A stretch of 64,000 bases of DNA. It comes from Blasia pusilla (Eukaryota). The stretch covers positions 29,016,001-29,080,000 of the forward strand of contig CM114271.1 of assembly GCA_050084515.1 (NCBI GenBank), written 5' to 3'. The translations under genes and the position numbers were made by a program. Every line of letters begins with the position of its first letter. Position 1 is the first letter of the stretch. Of this stretch, positions 55,968-64,000 are shown piece by piece. A model generated the notes under the pieces. It saw only the letters and a program-made list of their open reading frames with translations. It was not told the origin of the DNA and did no database searches.

Positions 55968-58210
55968 TGGCTAAGAGACAGTGAACTCTGAGCAAGATGT
56001 TAAACAAAGAAGTAAACCAAGACTTTCCAAAGGATAGAAGTCGTTTAGGGTCATCGAATGGCAGGAAATTGACAAATCTTGTGCTCCTTCCACGAGTTAA
56101 ATCGAGAAGAATCAATTGGCTTGGAAGGATGTGTGGTACACCTTATTTGATTGGATAGAGTTTCATGTAGAATCCACTAGAATATTTTGCAAAGTTTGTA
56201 GCTAGAGGAAGGATAAGAATTCCTTTGCAAGAGATGGTGCCATAAATTATAAGGTTTTGGCCTTTACATATCATGGTAAATCCAATGAAATAATAAAGCT
56301 TGCTTAGGCTACTAATGTAGAAAATATGTCCATGGCCAAGGCCATAGCAAATACTAATCGACTTGTGACAATGCCTTGTTGACTTTGTTTAAATGTACAT
56401 ATTTTATTGCGAAGGAAACCATGGCTTTTGCCAAATTTCCGAATCTATGTAAGTTGCTACTTTTGATGACTGCACCCATTACCCAAGATTTATACTAAGA
56501 TGAGAAGAGTTGTGTTGATATATGTTATTATATTAGTCAATTTTTGCACAAAAGAACCCTTTAAAAAGTGCAAAACTCCTTTCTTTGGGATAATTATTGA
56601 TGAGTCTCCTAATATTTCAGTAACGGGTCCTCTCGTAGTATTTGCAACTTACTTACAAGAGGGGAAAGTCAATAATTATCTTATAGGATTGTTGCATTGT
56701 CTAGAAAGTGTTCCAATGCAACTACTAACAATCTTATAGAGTTGATCAAGGACTCTAGACTAGATATTTCTAAGATAATGGCTTTTGGATCATATGGATC
56801 TTCCACTATGGTAGGTAGTCAGAATGGAGTAGCATCTCAGTTGAAGCAAAAGGTAAACCCTTTTATGCTCTCTATACATTACGTTGCGCATAGGACCAAC
56901 CTAGCTACTTTGATAGCAACCAAAGGTATTAAGATGTATCTATAGAAATAGATTTTATCTTGAATACTATATTTGGATACTTTAGAAGGTCTTCAAAGAG
57001 GAAGTGTTGTCTTGCAACTTTGCACAAGAAGTTGAATGATTCTCAAAGGGTCATAAAAAAATATCATAAAATTCGTTGGTTGTCGCGATGGCGAGCCGTG
57101 ACTAGTTTGTGTGACTCTTTGGAGTCTATCCTCACATATTTCAAGGATATTCTTCACTCCAAAGACAATTGTAATGTTGCTTATATGTATAACAAGTTGA
57201 GGTCATTTGAAAAGATCTACCAGTTGTACTTTCTGGCAGACATATTGTTTATACTTGCTAACTTCAGTAAGGTTTTCAATTACAAGTTTGTAGATGTTAG
57301 TACCATTGGTAGTATTATGAATTTTGAGATTTCCTTTATTACAATGAACTTTGTCATGGAGAATCATGACTTGAATGCTTCTACATTCTCTTAGGCAATG
57401 CGTTATCATCTCTTACATGATTTTGGACCCCTTGGTGGATATTCAAAACAATTGCAAATATGAGATCATGGGTAGAAAGTACCATGACATTGAAATGATG
57501 AGGGATGGTACTAGAAGGGATTTATAGGCTGCTCTAACTTTCCAGAAGAGTTATGTTGAGAATGTATGTGCGGCCTTACAAGATCGATTCAAGGACAATA
57601 ATTTGATAGGTGCAATGAGGATTATGAATCCTCTGCCTATGCCCTCAAGGCTAGTAGGGTTGAACACTTGGGGTTGCAAGGATGTAGATGATCTTTGTGC
57701 ACATTTTGGAAGGGATGTTCCTTTGAGGGGTTATTTGCAACTTGTTGTTGTGAACTCAAGAGCCGTGCAACTAGAGTTTCTGCCCTCTAAGCTCATGGCC
57801 ACAAAAAAATGGAAAAACATAAACTTCGAGATTTGTGCATAATGGTAAGTTGAAGCCCATCCTTGCAATGTAAGTTCTCCAATTTGCTTGTATTAGCCAA
57901 CATTTCTAGGGTACAATGTGTAAATACTGCAATTTATGAGAGAGCTTTCTCTGTGCAGAATATGATAAAGAAAAAGTGTCGTAATAGATTAATGACTAAG
58001 CATTTAGATGTTGTTCTTAGGATAGCCTTGGAGGGGAAGATTGTTGACTAGGAGGATCTACTGGTCGAATCGGTAGTGCTTTGGAAAATGTTTGCACACT
58101 TTAGATATGTGTATGCTAATCCTGAGAGATATGTGAATAATTTGGACAGTGCAGTAGTGGCTGAAATTGTACAAGATTCTCCAAGAGCACCAATTTCAAA
58201 TGTTTACTAG
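55968..58210 (+). pseudogene. hAT-family (ZNF862/DUF4371-like) transposase remnant
   Basis: FFGIIIDES.NIS, GS.GSSTMVG.QNGV, IHYVAHRTNLA, KIRWLSR and ERAFS.QN.IK.K.RNRL dimerisation motif. Many stops and frameshifts; TIRs not found. Confidence 0.8.
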
Positions 58211-58386
58211 GTGGGGAGGGAGGGGTAAGAGGTGAGGGTCCCTTTTGTAGTACATTAAAGGTTTTGTCGAAAACTCTTTAATGTACTATGAAGGGGTTGG
58301 ATCCTTGGTTCCCAATTAGTGGGAAGCTTGGTTAGATTCAATTCCTGCAAAGGATGTGAACGTGGGATATAGGGAGTGAGGAAAGT

Positions 58387-59740
58387 ATTGAAGACTAAGT
58401 TATAGTCAAGCTCATTGGATATCCAAACTGCTACATTTGGTACTCACACAAAGTAGGAAAGTTTAGTCTTGGTTAGTTAGTTAAACACGATTATCTTAAC
58501 TAGGATTAGTTAATAATAATTAGTTTAAATGAAGACTATGGTTAAGATTAGGGTTAAAGTTACTTGAACATACCCTATATAATTGAGAAGGGGAACAACC
58601 TCCACTCATTCCCTCATTGCAAATTTGGTTCTTCATGATGGTGTGTGAGTGAGAGAGTCGTATCCCACCTGTTATGCTTCTTTAGCAATTTTCTACATGG
58701 TATTAGAGCGATATAATAACATCAATTGAAATTCTTGATGTTTGAGGAGAGAAGAGAGGCAAGAGAAGGCACACTTCTAGTTTGGGAGAAGGAAATTTCA
58801 ATCAAAGCTCAATGGCAGAAGATTTCAAGTGGAACTCTAGAGCTGAAGAAACTTTGGAGGCATTTTTTAGGTCCTTTCCGGTCGATTAAGCAATTTGGAT
58901 TTGCGTTGATCAAAACGATGTCAAAGTCTAGTTCTATTTGTTTTGTACAGCTCGTCGAGAGCTTTCCAACGTATCCAAAATTTCTTGATTGTCACATTGT
59001 GAACTCTTGCAAGAGCAATTTCAATGTAGGAAAGTGCAATTAGTGAAGGAAAGTTGTGCAGTTTGCTCTCTATAGGCCAATTTCGACTAGTTATTCCATA
59101 TAGTTGGTCAATTTTGGTCAATTTCTGTGTAGGAGTGGTCTGTGTTTTAATTGGAGTAGTGGAGAGTTTGAAATTACACTTTGTGTGTAAAATCGTTGTT
59201 CATGGAGTATTCCTCTACAACAATTATAGGCCAGAATCTAGATAAGCAGAGTTACAATGTCTAGAAGTTTTGCATGAAGCAATTTCTCATGGTTCAAGAA
59301 CTATGGGAGCTTGTACGAGTGATGAAGCTAAACGAGGAGGTGAGAGGTGACTCAACAAACTTGAATGTTCGCGTTTGGAACAAACACGCAAGGCAAATAA
59401 TCCACTACATTTCAATAACGATCAATTCACCAATGATTGGTCACATTCAAGATGTTGATACTCCCACAGATGATTATGATGCATTGGAAAAGTTGTTCCA
59501 CACATCTATTAAGGCCAAAAAACTTCAATGGAAGCAAAAATTAAATGAAGTGAGGAAATGATCACAAAGCATCAATGACTACGTTTTGAGTATCAAACAA
59601 ATTGTTGATTATTTGAATAGCATAGGAGTGACTGTAGAAGATGATGATCTCATTTTGTTCACCCGTCAAAGCCTTCCAAGAGATTACAAGTCTTTTGAGA
59701 CATCTATCTCTGTGAGAGAGAAGTATTCAACCTTTCAAGA
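58387..59740 (+). mobile_element. Truncated Copia element: LTR (about 58387-58697), tRNA-Met PBS (58698-58709), gag remnant
   Basis: CA|TGGTATTAGAGC PBS; gag-like MKQFL..QELWELV, IKQIVDYLNSIG..VEDDDLI..LPRDY; homologous to 26150-27910 on the minus strand. Confidence 0.75.
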
Positions 59741-62254
59741 CGGTAAATACGTTTTGTTGATTTGCTTCTTGTTTGTAATGACGAAAAGGAAACAAGAAGC
59801 AAGTGATAACTTGTTGCGGAGATGCGGAAGAAGGACAATAACTAAAAGTCTAAAACTTGTGAAATAACAAATGAAAAGCACCAAAAATTGCGTTAAGTAA
59901 CCTCTGTCAAGTTAGAAGTTATATCTAAATACATAGCAGGCTGAAGTCGATTGTGGGTTTTATAATACTCTAAAAAAATGGAATATCCTAAGGGCTAACC
60001 AATATGCAAAAATGTTGTGCAAGCGAAGCTTGGTCTCGGGTAGAACCTACAAATTATGGAGCTGATAGATTGGATCCCTCGCAGATTGCGGAGTTGAAAG
60101 ATTTGTAGGAAGAGCGTAGCTTTGCACAACGTCCGAGAGAGAACTAGAGCTGCCACAACTACTATAGTGTGTTCTTGCAATAGCGAGACGCAACGAGAAT
60201 CGGTGTAAGAATGCAGCGAGATTCGTCACAAGAATGCACAATAGCATTACAGTGGGCCAGACTCCAAAGGCTAGGGCTCTAACAAGGTAAAATGACAGGA
60301 AGCGTCGACTCAATCGACATTGCTGAAAGCGTGCAAAGATGAGAGACGAGTCACAACTGCGCGGCGAGAGTCACTCTGTCACAGTTGCACAGTGAGAGTC
60401 GAGATAGAGTTACAGCTGCGCTGCCGTAGTGCCTCAAAACGAAACTCGAAAGTCGAGACTCGACCGAAGAGTCACACGGTCTCACACCCGCAGTGCCACA
60501 CAGCGAGAGCAAGTCTAGAGACAAAGAGACTAGAGAGTCGAGACGAAGAGATGAGCCACGAGAGAATGCAGGGGCAAATGGTAGCCCCCAGCCTCCGCTC
60601 AACCCACTAACCCCTTCGAATATGGAGCCGTTGGGAATTGGAGTCGTCTCAGTCACAGACCCTACAGTGGACTCTGGAGGCATCTTGCCCTGAAGTGGAC
60701 GACCCTAAACTTGCAGAAAGATTCCAATGGATGTGAACATCTACTCAAGGTCCATTTAGATGCTGCCACCTCGCGCTCCTGAACTTGCTACTCTTAATAT
60801 TGTCTTGTCGGTTTTCCGGCGCTCAGATAGTAGCCCGGCGATAATCCGGATCTGAAATTGCAACGCAGCCATCTTCCGGCAACATCTTCTCGGAAATGGA
60901 CATTTACCGGCGAGATCCTCCCGGGAAGCAGCAAACTACCGGCAGATAATTCCCGGCAGACAATTTCTCGGCCGGGTAGGCGACACTCGGAAATGCTGCC
61001 GACTTTTTCCCCGGGACGACGGCAATTTCGTATTTCAGCCGGCCATCTCTACTCGCAGCCCCGAGCGTTGGTTTGGGTTTGAATATTGACGTATGTGTCT
61101 ATGACGCCTACTTTTAGACATTCTTTGCGGGCGCGGGCGGAGCGGTTTCCACATCTACCCGGGTGAAATGAAGTGCGAGTTTGTCGTTTCATTTGGTTTG
61201 GTTATTCGGCGATTTGACCTCTAACTCACGGCCGACTGTGGACGCCGACACCGTGGCACTGAATGAGCGGCCTTGCGGATCCGGCTTCCGTCTGCTCTCT
61301 GCAGTTCTGTACTTCGCCGTAACGGAATATACTGCGCCACCGGCACTTTCTTTGTTGCCGACCTAGTTTCCCAGCGTTTCAGCTTAGGAATGCTAATAGA
61401 GATTTAGGGTCACGGATGAGCACAACGTTAGGCAGATGGAATATTCGTTGAATGTGGTAAGTTGACTGATGTTGCTTTACCTGGACCACCGGGGCGGGGC
61501 GGGTTCGGACAAGGTGGTAGCGTGAACGATGTGAAGGCGAGAGAGCATCAGAAGCAGGATGTCGAGGAGGAGGAGGAGGAGGAACGAGGACGAGGGGGGA
61601 AATATTATTGTTGTCGTTGCGGGACGAGAAGCGCAGGAGCGGAGTTGCGTCGAGGAGACGAGAGAGAGAGGGAGAGAGAGAGAGAGAGAGCATGCGAGAC
61701 CTAAAAAACAGCAGGAACCCTAGGTGGGAATAAGCCGGTGCGCAGGGGAAGAAATCGGTACCGTAAGCAGGTTTGTTATGCGTGGAACAGGTTGATGAGA
61801 ATGAGCAATTGACGGGAATTTTTTAGAGCAGTGGAGGCGTAGGGGATGTGAGACGAATGGGGCCGGGATGAGGAGGAAGGTGGGAAGACGGAATTTGAAC
61901 GGAAAAGCAGTGCGAGAGGACCGGGGAGACGGAAATGATAAGGCAGCCATGGGATGAAGTGAGAATTGAGAGTGTGTACGGAGATGTTTCATGTGCGGTT
62001 GAAGTTTGATCGCAGAGGGTTGAGCAGAGAATGAGTTCTGAGCGGAATTACGAGCCACATGGACGAGCGCAGACGGAGTGATGGAGGAGGGTGAGAGGGA
62101 GGAACCAGGAGAGAGAAACACAGAGGAAGAGGAGGAGGAAGAAGAGGAAGAAGAAGGAGAACTAGGAGTACAGGGACAGGGGAACGATTTTAAGGAATCA
62201 GGAGAGAACGAGTATTGTGAAGGACGCTAGATAGCTGGATATCACTCAGGGACA

Positions 62255-62475
62255 ATGGCGGAGGGAGTGGGATACACTCCGGGGCAACAGACAGTTGAGT
62301 TTTCTGTGTTAGTGAAGAAGGCTGCGGAAGACTCTTATTCAACTCTGAAGGAGCTGTGCGGAATAGCCCCAGAGCAGTCAGATTCTGAAAGAAAACTAAG
62401 CCTTCTGAAATACATTCTACGGACTCGCCAACGAATGCTTCGCTTGCTGGTTCTCTCGAAATGGTGTCGACAGGT

Positions 62476-62517
<42 letters not shown>

Positions 62518-64000
62518 GGTCGCAAGGCTACGACAGGCACTACCTAATGAGTACAGTCTCTCTCTCGCTCTCTTCTGAGAGTCGCAAGTCATGACGTAAT
62601 CAGTAGACTCTATGGCAAACAGCACCGTCCGTCTAGGGCTCGGGTTCCATGGACGCAAGGCTTGGACCGACATCACTAAATGATACAATCTCTCTGGGAA
62701 TGTTTTTAAATCGTAAATTGGGTCCTCGTGGACGATAGATAACTTATGCTTGACGTAAAGTCAAACCTTCGTCTGCTGACTGTATGCTGAACCAACAGGC
62801 CCGAAGGGTATTTGCGTAGGATTCCTTCTTTTTGAACACCTGGGTTGGCTCCCTGCGCCCAAGACGTGCTCTTTTAATTCAAACTTTCTGTGTCCTAATT
62901 GCAAGAGAACTTACTGAAGAATGGCAAAGTTTGTAATTGCATTGGTTGTCGTCCACACTCAACGATCTACATACTTTTAATCCGTACCTTTCACTTATGC
63001 TACTTCGCATCTGCTGCTACACTCTACCAGAGTCTTCTCTCCTTTGTGAGACAGACTCCAACCAGTGACCAGCCAGGTTTAAGAATTGGGTGAATAGGTG
63101 AATGCAACTCCATGTACTGATCTTCTCTTCATTTTTCTCATTTTTGCCTCTTGCCATACAAATATTTTTCCCTTTTGTCATGATGTGTTCCGCCAAGGTT
63201 GTCACTTTGCCACCTACCTTAGGTGCCCGTTTCCACATCTATCCACTGTACTTACTTTGTGCCAGCCAACAACCAACTCGAGTTTTCTAATTGCCTCTAG
63301 AGCAGTGGGATAAGCCTAAAGTACCAATAGCCTTTGCAATTCCCTATACCCAATGGTTGGGACTAGACGAAGTCACTGTCATGTCCTGGTAATCAGACAT
63401 AGCCAGCTTGGTTGTTGGTTACAGTCTCTGGAAAAGGTGCAAGTCAGTGTGTTGACCATGCAGCATGTACTGTCAGACTTTTCAAATTTCTTCATGGCAC
63501 ATGTGTGATCTCCTTACCCTTGTCAATTCGTTCTAGCCAGGGGATCGGGATATCTGGTACATGCCACACAGGTTATCTAATCCAACCAACCATCTTGTAT
63601 GTTTTGTTATCATTATGGATATCTGTTGCTGCTTGTGTACAGAGTAATACTGCCCGCCCACTTCTTTCAATCTGTGAAACAGTCTTGTGTAGATTTTGTA
63701 AGATGAGCAGACCTCTCATATTCTTCTAAAACTTGACAGTAGGAGGTCAGTTGGTGGCATAGTCTTGTAATTCGTATCTAGTTTCTTCCATAGGGACACG
63801 TTGACCTTACTGGGAAGTCTTGTGTCTTTTTGTGTGCAGATTCCTTTGGTTGAGCGATGCCAACAGTTGGCAGGGACAGTATCCAACCATGACACAAGTT
63901 TTACTCAGGCAGCTGATTTCCTCTTTTTCCTACATGAGGGTTTGCAACAAGCCCGGGCTCCTATCTATGATATCCCTACTGCAGCAGAGGTGCTTCTTAC
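62255..64000 (+). CDS. MED14: Mediator of RNA polymerase II transcription subunit 14 (5' part). Exon 1 62255-62473; exon 2 from 63840 to the window end
   Basis: GQQTVEFS.LV..AAE.S..LKEL..SDSERKLSLLKY..TRQRMLRL..L.KWCRQ spliced to IPLVERCQQL..HD..FTQAAD.LFFLHEGLQQARAPIYDIP.A.EVLL, matching the plant MED14/STRUWWELPETER N-terminus. Confidence 0.93.
62479..62515. repeat. (CT)n microsatellite at the start of MED14 intron 1; (GA)n also at 61660-61690
   Basis: Direct reading of the sequence. Confidence 0.95.

Overview
Eukaryotic, TE-rich genomic window with spliceosomal GT-AG introns. It is probably from a non-seed land plant (bryophyte-like); this is an inference from gene and TE content. Host genes: two tandem paralogues of plastid stromal Hsp70 (4174-7049, 5 introns; 47724-50940, 7 introns) and the first two exons of Mediator subunit MED14 (from 62255). 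The rest is nested mobile DNA. Main finding: Ty3/Gypsy-type, DDE-integrase retrotransposons that lack a normal LTR pair. They carry split direct repeats instead (A1-internal-B1-GT-A2-B2, TGTC...GACA ends, 4-bp TSD, no tRNA PBS). This layout recurs in three families with different A sequences (9610-19476, 1-2883, 23922-26128), plus a solo A-B (28933-29560). The full-length copy also encodes a DNMT3-like cytosine methyltransferase between protease and RT, and a PHD finger after integrase. Second system: a 13.8-kb Mutator-like element (33218-46985, about 78-bp TIRs, perfect 9-bp TSD) with a transposase and an unknown accessory gene. All four predicted introns and the intergenic spacers carry arrays of one motif (GGCGGCTA), which recalls the VANDAL/VANC anti-silencing architecture. 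Also present: a CRE-like RLE non-LTR retrotransposon, Copia remnants, a hAT transposase pseudogene, a foldback element, Helitron-like ends and microsatellites. All domain calls come from motif recognition by eye; no database searches were run.
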